Part shown: positions 48,686-58,666 of the stretch, piece by piece
Layout of the letters: every line of letters begins with the position of its first letter
Position numbering within the stretch: position 1 is the stretch's first letter
Origin: Candidatus Woesearchaeota archaeon
Lineage (GTDB): Archaea > Nanobdellota > Nanobdellia > SCGC-AAA011-G17 > GW2011-AR20
Direction: 5' to 3'
Length of the DNA: 64,000 nucleotides
Assembly (NCBI GenBank): GCA_016203115.1
Contig: JACQNJ010000019.1
Coordinates: 724-64,723, forward strand
Program-made: the position numbers and the translations under genes
The notes under the pieces: generated by a model
Seen by the model: the letters and a program-made list of their open reading frames with translations, nothing else
The model's database searches: none
Told to the model about the DNA's origin: nothing

Positions 48686-49086
48686 GTATAGCTAATTTTA
48701 GTTCTTTTTCTATTTTTCTTTTCTTCAATTAACTAAAAGTTAACCAAGCTACCATTTTTCTATTAAATTTTATATTCTCCTTTCCCCATCCCTGATATTT
48801 CATTCTTTAGTTTATTGCTAAAGTTTACCAACTACAAAATTGATCTACCTTTGTTCATATTAATTGAGGAAACTTCCACTCACAAATTCTATTTTCTTAT
48901 TGGAAGAAAATACAAAGATAGACTCCCTGCCTATCACTTTTATTTTTTTACCGTATAAGTATAATCCCGACTTTCCTGACAAGGCTATTATTTTTTTTAA
49001 TTTATATTTTTTTATAAATTTTTATCTTGTTAATTGTACTTCTGACCATTTTAAGCCCTGTTTCTTACGTTGATAAAAGATTGCTA

Positions 49087-51627
49087 TCAATCAAACTCCT
49101 TAGTAACCATCTTTATTGCCTTAAACCCTAATGATCCTATAGCAATAAATATCACCAAAGAAATTAAAATAAAAACCCAATCAACGAGTGCTAAGGGAAC
49201 AGCATCAAAATAATTTCTAAAAGGAGTATAAATTACTATTAACTGTAAAATAAAGCTTGACAACACAGCCCCAATAAGCCATTTATTGCTAAATATCTCC
49301 AATTGATACTGGCTTCTAATCATATAAACCCTTCCCAATTCAAATATGACAAGTGAGGTAAACACAACAGTCTGGGCCTTCGCAACATTATCTAAATTTA
49401 ATTTAAATAATGTTAAGCAGATAATAGTGAGCAATATTCCAACCATAAGAATATTAAGCCACATGTTCCCATCAACAATCCTCTCTTTAGGGTTTCTTGG
49501 CTTCCTATTCATAACATCTCTAGTAGTATTATCAACGCCTAAGGCTAAAGCAGGCAGTCCATCTGTAACTAAGTTAATCCATAAAATCTGGACAGCAGTT
49601 AAAGGAATGATAACAAGATTGTCAACTTTAAAAGCCAATAAAATAGCAAAGAACAATATCATCACTTCTCCCATATTGCTGCTTAATAAATAATTGACAA
49701 ATTTCTTGATATTATCGTAAATTCCTCTTCCTTCCTCAACAGCCTTCGCAATGCTAGTAAAATTATTATCCAGCAGCACCATATCGCTCGAATCCTTGGC
49801 AACATCAGTTGCAGTCCCAACAGCAACACCAATATCAGCTTTCTTCAATGCAGGAGCATCATTAATTCCATCTCCAGTCATAGCTACTATCTCCCCATTA
49901 GCCTTCAAAGAGTCTAATATTCTCACCTTATGCTCAGGATTCACTCGAGCAAAGATATCAGTAAATCTCACTCTGTCCTTAAGAGTCTCATCATTCATTG
50001 CATCTAGCTCCTCTCCTGTAATTACTTTATCTCCTAGCCCAATTTGCCTTGCAATTGCCTGTGCAGTGATTTTATGATCTCCAGTAACCATTATGACTTT
50101 TATGCCTGCTTTCTCGCAATCCTCAATAGATTTCTTAACATCTGCTCTTGGAGGATCAATCATTCCAGTCATCCCGATGAATACCAAATCTTTTTTTGTT
50201 TCATCTAAAGAATAAGCAAAAGCCAGTACTCTTAATGCTCTACTAGCCATCTTCTCATTAACCTCAAGAATCTTGTTTTTATCCCTGCTGGTAATCAGTC
50301 TAACTCTATCACCAACTTGTATATACTTGCACATCTTCAATGCAGTTTCAACAGCTAGTTTATAATTCCAATATCTCTTGCCTTTAATTTCACATAAAAA
50401 AGCAGAATATTTTTTCTCAGAAGTAAAAGGATCCTCATCAATCTTCTTAGCTTCAATTTTATATTTTGAAGCTAAATTTGATAAGGCAATGTCAGTAGGA
50501 TCAGTTAACTTTTCAATTCTGTGTTCCCCAACATCATTGCTTAAATAAACTGTTTCCAAGAGTTTAGATTTAGGCAAGGTATCAGTAACTTTAATTATGT
50601 CTTCATTAAAATAAATCTCCATTACAGTCATTTTATTTTGTGTTAAAGTACCAGTTTTATCTGCACATATCACAGTAGTACTTCCTAAAGTTTCAACAGA
50701 GCTTAGTCTTCTTACTAAAACATTATTCTTTAGCATTTTCTGAACTCCAAAAGCTAAGCTAATTGTCACAACAGCAGGAAGTCCCTCAGGTATAGCGGCA
50801 ACAGCAATGCTCATAGAAACAAGAATCATGGTTACTAAATCCTCCCCCCTAAAAATCCCAGTTCCAAGAATAACAAAAGCAATGACAATAACAGCAATTC
50901 CTAAGCTTGTCCCTAATTTATCTAATTTTTTTTGCAAAGGAGTCTGTTCCTCCTCTTCCTGGATCATCTTAGCTATCTTCCCAACTTCGCTATTCATCCC
51001 TGTTGCAACAGCAATCCCTTTTCCTCTTCCATTCACAATTGTAGTTCCAGAAAACACCATGTTTTCCCTTCCCCCGACATCCTTAACTCCAGAAACAGCT
51101 CCAATTCTCTTCTGCACAGGCACAGATTCCCCCGTTAGCAAAGACTCATCAGTTTTCAATTCATAAGATTCTATTAAATAGCAGTCGCTAGGAACAAAAC
51201 TCCCTGCTTCTAATAAAACTAAATCTCCAGGGACTAATAAGTGAGTATCAACTTCCATAGCTTTACCATCTCTAACAACAAAAGTTTTAGGTACTGAAAA
51301 TTTCTTTAACGCCTTGATTGACTTCTCAGCCTTATATTCTTGAAAAAACCCCAAAAGAGTATTTAAAATGATGATAGCCCCAATAACAATAGCATCTAAT
51401 TTCTCTCCTAAGAATAAAGAGATAAGAAAAGCCCCGATTAAAATATAAACGACAATGCTGTTAAACTGGGAAATTAATAATTTTAAAACTTTTATACCCT
51501 CTTCTTCCTTAAGTTTATTAGCTCCATATTTCTCAAGCCTTAATTTCGATTCTTCTTCTGCTAATCCCTTCTCGCTTGTCTGAAGCTCCTCAAAAATCTG
51601 GGTCTTTAATAGTTGATAAAACTCCAT
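49087..51627 (-). CDS. P-type cation-transporting ATPase (type II, Ca2+/cation)
   Basis: DKTGTLT phosphorylation site, TGDGINDAPAL, PEGLP. Length 846 aa. Confidence 0.9.
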   Translation of the reverse strand: MEFYQLLKTQIFEELQTSEKGLAEEESKLRLEKYGANKLKEEEGIKVLKLLISQFNSIVVYILIGAFLISLFLGEKLDAIVIGAIIILNTLLGFFQEYKAEKSIKALKKFSVPKTFVVRDGKAMEVDTHLLVPGDLVLLEAGSFVPSDCYLIESYELKTDESLLTGESVPVQKRIGAVSGVKDVGGRENMVFSGTTIVNGRGKGIAVATGMNSEVGKIAKMIQEEEEQTPLQKKLDKLGTSLGIAVIVIAFVILGTGIFRGEDLVTMILVSMSIAVAAIPEGLPAVVTISLAFGVQKMLKNNVLVRRLSSVETLGSTTVICADKTGTLTQNKMTVMEIYFNEDIIKVTDTLPKSKLLETVYLSNDVGEHRIEKLTDPTDIALSNLASKYKIEAKKIDEDPFTSEKKYSAFLCEIKGKRYWNYKLAVETALKMCKYIQVGDRVRLITSRDKNKILEVNEKMASRALRVLAFAYSLDETKKDLVFIGMTGMIDPPRADVKKSIEDCEKAGIKVIMVTGDHKITAQAIARQIGLGDKVITGEELDAMNDETLKDRVRFTDIFARVNPEHKVRILDSLKANGEIVAMTGDGINDAPALKKADIGVAVGTATDVAKDSSDMVLLDNNFTSIAKAVEEGRGIYDNIKKFVNYLLSSNMGEVMILFFAILLAFKVDNLVIIPLTAVQILWINLVTDGLPALALGVDNTTRDVMNRKPRNPKERIVDGNMWLNILMVGILLTIICLTLFKLNLDNVAKAQTVVFTSLVIFELGRVYMIRSQYQLEIFSNKWLIGAVLSSFILQLIVIYTPFRNYFDAVPLALVDWVFILISLVIFIAIGSLGFKAIKMVTKEFD

Positions 51628-51644
51628 AAAATGATATATAGTGT

Positions 51645-52253
51645 TTAATATTTAAGCCTATTTTTTATAAGGCAAATCAGGCTAATCAGCAAAAACAAGG
51701 AGAAAACAGTTGCGATTATTCTCAAAAATATATCATAAAACAGGTTATAAGTATAAATATTGACAATATTCTCCCCTACACCAAATATCCATGAATTCTC
51801 TTCAAAAAAGACTTCATGAAACAGAGTGAATAGGAAGTTATAGTCTAAAAAAGTCAAAAGAATAAGAATTAATAAAAGTAATAAACCAGAAAGCCCAGAT
51901 AATAAAAATAGCTTGTCTAATGAATTTTTAAAAAAATAAATAAAAATAATTAAAGCAAGAAAAGAAGCAAATAGAAGGATATATCCTATGAGGAATAAAA
52001 TCCTGACATCTCTCAAATGCTCTTTCTCTTTTTCATTAAAAAAATCAGTTTCTAAATTATTTTTAAAAAGGAAGTAGCCAAATACCTCAGAGTTCACATT
52101 ATCAACTTCATCTTTTCCAAAAGTTGCATAAGCTCCATTTTCTTCAAATTTATCAGAGTAAAATCCCTTGTTAAAAATATGGACTAAAGAGCTAAAGAGG
52201 ATAATAAATAAAATAAAAGATACAATAAATAAAACTTTAAAATATTTTTTCAT
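51645..52253 (-). CDS. hypothetical polytopic membrane protein
   Basis: 202 aa, F/L/I-rich. Overlaps the upstream gene by 17 nt. Confidence 0.5.
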   Translation of the reverse strand: MKKYFKVLFIVSFILFIILFSSLVHIFNKGFYSDKFEENGAYATFGKDEVDNVNSEVFGYFLFKNNLETDFFNEKEKEHLRDVRILFLIGYILLFASFLALIIFIYFFKNSLDKLFLLSGLSGLLLLLILILLTFLDYNFLFTLFHEVFFEENSWIFGVGENIVNIYTYNLFYDIFLRIIATVFSLFLLISLICLIKNRLKY

Positions 52254-52713
52254 TATCTAAATTACATTCAGACTTCTCAGCCAAGACCTCTAATTGCTGA
52301 AGTCCGGATAAGCTCTCATTGCCTATCTTCCATAAAGGCACAGAAGATACTCCTGAAGATAAGCATTGGCTGTTAAAGTTTCCTAAAGGTCCGCATTCAA
52401 CATAAACATTTTTGGAGTCTAGCAGCTTTGCTGATTTTTCAAACATAGCCTTTTGTTTTTGGCAGAATGAACACTGAAAAGATCCATAAAATTTCACTCC
52501 TTTTTCACTTAAACAATTAACAAAACCATCATACCTACCGGGTCCCTTTCCTTTTGAATAAAAATAAAATATAGACCCCAAAAGAAGTATTACTACTAGA
52601 ACTATTATAATATATTTTTTAAAGCTTTTTTTAGGCTTAATTTCCTCTGTTTTAATCTGTTGTTGAACCTGTTGCCCTTCCCTTTCTAAAGCTCTCCTTT
52701 CTGCTCTGTTCAT
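52237..52713 (-). CDS. membrane-anchored thioredoxin-like protein of the VKOR-partner type
   Basis: N-terminal TM. FYGSFQCSFCQKQK...YVECGP...C...VPLWKI resembles the Trx-like domains fused to or partnered with VKOR. Confidence 0.55.
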   Translation of the reverse strand: MNRAERRALEREGQQVQQQIKTEEIKPKKSFKKYIIIVLVVILLLGSIFYFYSKGKGPGRYDGFVNCLSEKGVKFYGSFQCSFCQKQKAMFEKSAKLLDSKNVYVECGPLGNFNSQCLSSGVSSVPLWKIGNESLSGLQQLEVLAEKSECNLDNEKIF

Positions 52714-52717
52714 AAAA

Positions 52718-52936
52718 TCAAGCCTCTTCTACCTTGATGCAGTTTACTGGACAAACCTCAGCAGCTTCCTTATTTTTTCCTAATTCTTTAACAGTCCTAT
52801 TCCTCTCAGTAGCTTTAATCTCCCCTTTAAACTCGCCTTCACTTTGCTCTTTGACTTCAAAATTTTCAGGGCAGGCTGCCTCGCAAGCTGCACAGCCTAT
52901 ACAGGTATGCTTATCAACTTCAATTTTATATGGCAT
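52718..52936 (-). CDS. 4Fe-4S ferredoxin
   Basis: CIGCAACEAACP cluster motif plus CPVNC. Confidence 0.7.
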   Translation of the reverse strand: MPYKIEVDKHTCIGCAACEAACPENFEVKEQSEGEFKGEIKATERNRTVKELGKNKEAAEVCPVNCIKVEEA

Positions 52937-52953
52937 TTTAACCTCTCAAGAAT

Positions 52954-53169
52954 TCATTTTGAATCCTTAATACTTACCTTTACTTTAGGCTTTCCAACAG
53001 TTCTTAAATTTCTTAAAACAAAGTTAGTTATATTGCGCCTTTTTAGCCAGTCTAAAGCCTTTTCCTCGGATTTGAAAGCCTTTGGTTTGTCTCTTTTAGC
53101 TCTTTTAGCATGTCTCAAGTGGGTAGACATATACATTTTTCTCTTGACCCTGGTATGTACTTTTTTCAT
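52954..53169 (-). CDS. small basic protein, possibly nucleic-acid binding (71 aa)
   Basis: K/R-rich ORF. Family not recognised. Confidence 0.4.
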   Translation of the reverse strand: MKKVHTRVKRKMYMSTHLRHAKRAKRDKPKAFKSEEKALDWLKRRNITNFVLRNLRTVGKPKVKVSIKDSK

Positions 53170-53273
53170 ATTCTAGGACTAAGAATAACAATTTTAAAGC
53201 TTTTCTGTTCATCAATCCACAAGTTAATAGCAGCATTAATCGGTTTTATAAGTTTTTTTCAATATAGTCAATT

Positions 53274-54443
53274 ATGAAATTCACCCATTTAGCAGATTGT
53301 CATATTGGCGGTTGGAAAGAAGAAAAGTTAAAGGAATTAGGCATAGAAAGCTTCAGATACGCAATAACTAAGTCCATAGAGGAAAATGTAGGATTTGTCC
53401 TAGTAGCAGGAGACTTATTTAACACTTCTTTGCCAGATATCAACATAATCAAGGAAACAAGTGAAATTCTAGCTAATCTAAAAGAAAAAGACATTGATTG
53501 TTATATCATCCCTGGAAGCCATGATTTCTCGCCATCAGGAAAAACAATGCTTGATGTCTTGGAAAAAGCAGGATTGGTAAAAAACGTATTCAAATTTGAA
53601 AATAATAAATTAACCTTCACAACAGACAAGACAAACACAAAAATAACAGGAATTCTAGGATTAAGATCCGGATTGGAAAAAGAAAAATTCAAAGCATTGC
53701 CAAAAGACCATTTAGAAAATGAGCAAGGTTTTAAAATCTTCATGTTTCATACTATCTTAGAGGAATACAAGCCAAAAGATATGGAAAAGGTTGAAGGGGA
53801 ATCCATAAGAAATTTCCCAAAAAACTTCAATTATTATGCAGGAGGGCATGTCCATTATCTCCTAGAAAAAGAGTTTGGAAAAGGAAAAGTAGTCTATCCT
53901 GGCCCATTATTTCCAAATAATTTCAAGGAATTAGAAGAGTTAAAGCATGGAAAATTTTGCATCGTAGATGATGCACTAAATGTCAGAAGAGAGAATGTAA
54001 AACTAAAAGAAACACTTAGTCATTATATAAATGCAAATGAAAAAACCCCCGAACAAGTTGAACAAGAAATTCTAGAAAAAATAAAAGACTACAAAGATAA
54101 AATTATTTTATTGAGAGTAGAAGGGATACTAAAATCAGGAAAGCCTTCAGATATTAATTTTAAAAGAATATATGAAAGCTTAGAAGATTCTTACTGCATA
54201 TTAAGAAACACCAACAAACTAACAAGCAAAGAGTTTAGTGAAATAAAAATTGAGTCTGGAGACATAGAACAGGTTGAGCAAAGAATCATTGAAGAGAGCA
54301 TAAAAGACTTCAAGGAATTCGGAAATTCTGAATTAATCAATCTTCTAATACATTCATTAGATCTTGAAAAGGGAGAGGGTGAAAAAAATATAGATTTTGA
54401 AAAAAGAGTAATTGAATCTGGAAGAAAAGCGCTAGAAGAATGA
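53274..54443 (+). CDS. mre11: DNA double-strand break repair nuclease Mre11
   Basis: Phosphoesterase motifs HLADCHIG, AGDLFN, GSHD and GGHVH. Confidence 0.85.
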   Translation: MKFTHLADCHIGGWKEEKLKELGIESFRYAITKSIEENVGFVLVAGDLFNTSLPDINIIKETSEILANLKEKDIDCYIIPGSHDFSPSGKTMLDVLEKAGLVKNVFKFENNKLTFTTDKTNTKITGILGLRSGLEKEKFKALPKDHLENEQGFKIFMFHTILEEYKPKDMEKVEGESIRNFPKNFNYYAGGHVHYLLEKEFGKGKVVYPGPLFPNNFKELEELKHGKFCIVDDALNVRRENVKLKETLSHYINANEKTPEQVEQEILEKIKDYKDKIILLRVEGILKSGKPSDINFKRIYESLEDSYCILRNTNKLTSKEFSEIKIESGDIEQVEQRIIEESIKDFKEFGNSELINLLIHSLDLEKGEGEKNIDFEKRVIESGRKALEE

Positions 54444-56485
54444 TAATAAAAAAAATAAAATTGAACAATATAAGGAGTTATACTGAGAATGTTATAGACA
54501 TACCAGAAGGAAGTGTATTATTAAGCGGGAATATAGGTAGTGGAAAATCAAGTATTCTTTTAGCAATAGATTTTGCTTTATTTGGATTAAGAAAAGGGGA
54601 GTTAACTGGCTCTGGATTGCTAAGAAATGGGGAAGACAAAGGAAGTGTAGAATTAGAGTTTGAATTAAATAATTTAAATATAGAAATAAAAAGAACATTA
54701 AAAAGAGCCGGCGAAAGCGTAAGCCAAGACACAGGATTTATCAAGATTAATGAAAACAAAGAAGATCTTAGTGCGATTGAATTAAAAGAAAAAATACTAA
54801 ATTTACTGGGCTATCCAAAAAGCCTTCTTACAAAAAGTAAAAACTTGATATTTCGTTATACAGTGTACACCCCACAAGAAGAAATGAAGGAAATTCTAAC
54901 TGGGGACAATGATATAAGGTTAGATACATTAAGAAAAGTTTTTGGAATTGACAAATACAAAAGAATAAATGAAAATGCAAAGATACTTGTTTCAAGTTTA
55001 AAAGAGCAAAGGAAAGAGCTAGAAGGGAAAACAAGCGATTTAGACGAAAAGGTTAGAGATAGGGAAAAGAAAGGCAAGGAATATCTTGTTTATCATGAAA
55101 AGAAAATAAGTATAGCACCATTAGTAGAAGAAATAAAAGAAAAAATAAAGGCAAAAAGAGAAGAAATAAAAGAAAAAGAAACCGAGAGAGAGAAAATAAG
55201 CAATCTAAAAAGAGACATATCAATAAACAAAAATCAGATAGTCTACAAACAAGAAAGGATAAATAAAAATAAAAGTGAAATTGAAGTTCTTGAAAAATTC
55301 ATTTCTGAAAATAAAAAAATAGAAACTACAGACATTTCAGTAATAAAAAAAGAAATAGAAGAATTAAATATAAAAATAAAATCTTTAGAAACAGAAATTT
55401 CAGATCTTAATTCAACAAAAAGTGAGGCAGCAATAGAAAAAAGAAGTTCTGAAAGCCTAATCAGTTCAGTAAATAGTTTAGACATATGCCCAATTTGTAA
55501 GCAGAAAGTAGAAGAAAGGCATAAGCATGATATTGAAGAAGTTGAAAGAAAAAAGGAAAAGGATGCAGACAATATAATCAAAGAAGTTTTAATTAAACAA
55601 GAAAAGATAAACAAGGAATTAGAAAAGATAAAGTATGAATACGAAAGGAAGAGAGAAGTTGAAAGAAATACTGAACTAAATTCATTAAAAAACAAAAGAA
55701 TAGATGAAAAAAAAGAGTTAAAGATAAAGTTAGAGTCAGAGATAAAAGAGGCAGAAAAAGAAACAGAATTATTCATTGAAAAAAATAAAGATCTTGAAAA
55801 GCAGGTTAGTCAATTTGATATTACAGTCTATGACGTAATAAAAAATGAATTAGATTCTTTTCTGGTTCAGGAAAGAAGATTAGATATAGAAAAAGCAGGA
55901 TATGAAAAAGACCTTGAAAGAATTCAAATAGAAAAAGAAAGATTAGACTTAGAAATAAAAAAGAAAACAAAAGAAAAAGAGGAAATAAACAAGTTAAGTA
56001 AACTCATATTTTTCATAAGCGAACATTTCACAGAATTAATGGAATTAATGGAAAGAAAAATAATGCTTAAAGTTCATACAGACTTTGATACATTATTCCA
56101 GAAATGGTTTTCAGTCCTTGTAGATGATGAGGTTATTAAAGTAAAGTTAGATGAATCCTTTACTCCAGTAATAGAGCAGCAAGGATACAATATAGAGTAT
56201 ACTCATCTAAGCGGAGGAGAAAGAACAGCAGCTGCATTATCTTACAGGTTAGCTCTTAATCAAACAATAAACAAAATTATAACAGAAATAAAAACAAGAG
56301 ATATTATCATACTTGACGAGCCCACAGATGGTTTTAGCTCTGAACAGCTAGATAGAATGAAAAATGTTCTGGAAGAAATAGAAGCAAAACAAATAATTCT
56401 TGTAAGCCACGATCCAAAAATAGAAAGCTTTGTAAATAAAGTTATAAGAGTAGAAAAGCAAGGAGGAGGTTCAAGAATAATTTAA
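54440..56485 (+). CDS. rad50: DNA double-strand break repair ATPase Rad50 (short coiled coil)
   Basis: Walker A GNIGSGKSS, zinc hook CPICK, signature LSGGERTA, Walker B IIILDEPT. ATGA overlap with mre11. Confidence 0.85.
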   Translation: MIIKKIKLNNIRSYTENVIDIPEGSVLLSGNIGSGKSSILLAIDFALFGLRKGELTGSGLLRNGEDKGSVELEFELNNLNIEIKRTLKRAGESVSQDTGFIKINENKEDLSAIELKEKILNLLGYPKSLLTKSKNLIFRYTVYTPQEEMKEILTGDNDIRLDTLRKVFGIDKYKRINENAKILVSSLKEQRKELEGKTSDLDEKVRDREKKGKEYLVYHEKKISIAPLVEEIKEKIKAKREEIKEKETEREKISNLKRDISINKNQIVYKQERINKNKSEIEVLEKFISENKKIETTDISVIKKEIEELNIKIKSLETEISDLNSTKSEAAIEKRSSESLISSVNSLDICPICKQKVEERHKHDIEEVERKKEKDADNIIKEVLIKQEKINKELEKIKYEYERKREVERNTELNSLKNKRIDEKKELKIKLESEIKEAEKETELFIEKNKDLEKQVSQFDITVYDVIKNELDSFLVQERRLDIEKAGYEKDLERIQIEKERLDLEIKKKTKEKEEINKLSKLIFFISEHFTELMELMERKIMLKVHTDFDTLFQKWFSVLVDDEVIKVKLDESFTPVIEQQGYNIEYTHLSGGERTAAALSYRLALNQTINKIITEIKTRDIIILDEPTDGFSSEQLDRMKNVLEEIEAKQIILVSHDPKIESFVNKVIRVEKQGGGSRII

Positions 56486-56495
56486 TAAAGGAAAA

Positions 56496-56735
56496 ATGCC
56501 AAAGAACACTATAAAATCCAGAAATATGATAAAAGCTAGAGAAGAAGCAAAAAAATCAACAGGAAGAAGATTTTGTGAACATTGTGGAGAAAAACTAAAC
56601 TTTGGTTGGGTTACAACATTTTATAATCTCGAAAAGAAATATCTTAGGTTTCCTAGATTGGTTACAGATGTAAAAGGATGGGAAAAGTATAGTAAGAACA
56701 AATGTGAATATTGTGGAAATTGGAAAAGAGAATAA
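56496..56735 (+). CDS. zinc-ribbon protein (79 aa) downstream of rad50
   Basis: CEHCG...CEYCG. Only 10 nt after the rad50 stop. Confidence 0.5.
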   Translation: MPKNTIKSRNMIKAREEAKKSTGRRFCEHCGEKLNFGWVTTFYNLEKKYLRFPRLVTDVKGWEKYSKNKCEYCGNWKRE

Positions 56736-56737
56736 TC

Positions 56738-57637
56738 CTAATCTTTCCTAATTTTAGCGACAAAAAACCCGGAAGTGTCATTGTCCTGGGGCCATATTCT
56801 CAAGCATTTTTTTATATCTTTAGAGAGTATCTCCCCCTTGCTCTCTAAAACAGGATTAGACCTTTTGATATTCAAAGAAATTTCCTCTAATCTAGCATTT
56901 TCATATTTCTGTAATAAAAAATTCACAACTTCTTCATTTTCCTCAGGAGAGATAGAGCATGTAGAATAAACCATAGTCCCATTTTCCCTTAAAATATCAA
57001 AACAGTGGCTAATAAGCCCTTTTTGTGCTCCTGCCAATTTCTTGTACATATTTGGGTTCCATATCTTAATTGTTTTCAAAGACTTCCTTATGGTTCCAGT
57101 GCCAGAGCAGGGAGCATCCAGTAATATCTTGTCAAATTTCATGGTTATAGATTCAGCCCAGGATTTTGTTAGAACAACATTTGAAACACCACATCTCTGC
57201 AGATTAGTGGACAGAGCCCTAATCCTGTCATCTTTAATGTCATTTGCCACAATAATCCCTTCATTATGCATCATCGCCGCCATTTGGGTTGTCTTGCTTC
57301 CAGGAGAAGCGCATGCATCTAAGACAATATCCCCTACTTTAGGATTTAAAACAATAGGCGGAATCATAGAAGCAGACTCCTGGATATAGTAAAATCCTAG
57401 TTGATGTTCTCTTAAGTTTCCTAAGTCCGTTCTCTCCCCTTTAACAAAAAATCCTTCCTTGCACCATGGAACTTGCCTGAACTCATAACAATTCATCCTT
57501 TTCTTTAATTCCTTTACAGAGATTTTCAAAGTATTGACTCTAATAGACTTGCAGAGGTCTTTAAGCGAAAACTCAATAAACAGATCAATATCGGTTAAAG
57601 AAGAATACTTTTGAAGAAATTTTTCTTTAAACTCCAT
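56738..57637 (-). CDS. NOL1/NOP2/Sun-family RNA m5C methyltransferase
   Basis: DACASPGSKT SAM-binding motif, DAPCSGTG motif IV, TC catalytic motif. Confidence 0.8.
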   Translation of the reverse strand: MEFKEKFLQKYSSLTDIDLFIEFSLKDLCKSIRVNTLKISVKELKKRMNCYEFRQVPWCKEGFFVKGERTDLGNLREHQLGFYYIQESASMIPPIVLNPKVGDIVLDACASPGSKTTQMAAMMHNEGIIVANDIKDDRIRALSTNLQRCGVSNVVLTKSWAESITMKFDKILLDAPCSGTGTIRKSLKTIKIWNPNMYKKLAGAQKGLISHCFDILRENGTMVYSTCSISPEENEEVVNFLLQKYENARLEEISLNIKRSNPVLESKGEILSKDIKKCLRIWPQDNDTSGFFVAKIRKD

Positions 57638-57714
57638 AAAAAAAAAGAGAAAACATGCCTTAAAAGGATTACTGTTGATAAAACTTTAAATACTTCTTCA
57701 GTAAACTAAGTGAA

Positions 57715-58665
57715 ATGCAAATAGATATAAAAAAAGGTTTTACAGTTTATAGCACAGAAGGTAATTGTATAGTCGCTTGCCCTCATACAGGTCCTGCACT
57801 GGAAAGATCTACATCAAGAGATGATAACAGTGATACTGTAGGAAGCGCTTTATGGAGGCTGCTAGGAGGTAAATTAATCATAGGAAACCTCTCAAGAGGC
57901 AGAATTCTAGGAATAGATTTTAACAGAGATATTCCAAACATGAAAACCGCAATTTCCATGTATGGTAAAGTCTCAGAAAAAGATGAATTCTATGAATACA
58001 GGAAAAAATATGCATGGGTTGCCCAAGATGAAAAAGATTATGAAACAAGATTAAAAATATACCAAAATTTCTGGGCAGAGGTAGAATCAGGTTCAACAAT
58101 TATATTAATACATAGACAGTTTAACAGGTTAAAAAGCCTGCCAGGAATAATGGATTTCATAGAACTTCAAAAAAAAAAGGAAGACATAGTAAAATCTATA
58201 GAAAAGGTAAACAGTAAATATGCCTCATTTTTAAGAAAAGTAGACAAGCCCTACAAGCAAGCTGTTTTATATGAAACAGAAAGAATGATTGCAAATGTAA
58301 TAAAAAAATATAATGCCTTCGATTTGCGATTATTGAGCAAAGAGCAAAAGTATATTTTCGCAAGAGATCTAAAGATAGCTGCAAAATACTGCAAGCCTTA
58401 CATTCTCAATAGGTTAAGGGAAAGCATGACACCCCAGAATTATTTAAAAGCTGCAAAAAGCGCATTGGAAAACTCCCCTTACCCAAAAATAACATTCCAA
58501 AACACATTCAATGGGGAAATGGCTCATGCTCCAAGAAGGAAATTGTTTGGAATGAAGGACAAGTTTGTTATAGAGGTAGAAGGGAGTCATTTTATTAATT
58601 TATGGTATCCTGAAGTAGCAGCATCAATAATAAAGGATTTCATGGAAGCTATAAATAAGAAATAA
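57715..58665 (+). CDS. hypothetical protein (316 aa)
   Basis: Possible HxG (CPHTGPALE) amidohydrolase-like N-terminus. Weak. Confidence 0.5.
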   Translation: MQIDIKKGFTVYSTEGNCIVACPHTGPALERSTSRDDNSDTVGSALWRLLGGKLIIGNLSRGRILGIDFNRDIPNMKTAISMYGKVSEKDEFYEYRKKYAWVAQDEKDYETRLKIYQNFWAEVESGSTIILIHRQFNRLKSLPGIMDFIELQKKKEDIVKSIEKVNSKYASFLRKVDKPYKQAVLYETERMIANVIKKYNAFDLRLLSKEQKYIFARDLKIAAKYCKPYILNRLRESMTPQNYLKAAKSALENSPYPKITFQNTFNGEMAHAPRRKLFGMKDKFVIEVEGSHFINLWYPEVAASIIKDFMEAINKK

Positions 58666-58666
58666 C

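Noticed and set aside
48864-49073. 69-aa ORF in the 400-bp AT-rich region upstream of the P-type ATPase
   Set aside because: Low-complexity translation with no RBS. The region is more likely the ATPase promoter and UTR.
52954-53169. Small basic protein, considered as a ribosomal protein (L31e, L39e, S17e, S30e and others)
   Set aside because: I could not match it to any ribosomal protein family signature from memory, so it is left as hypothetical.
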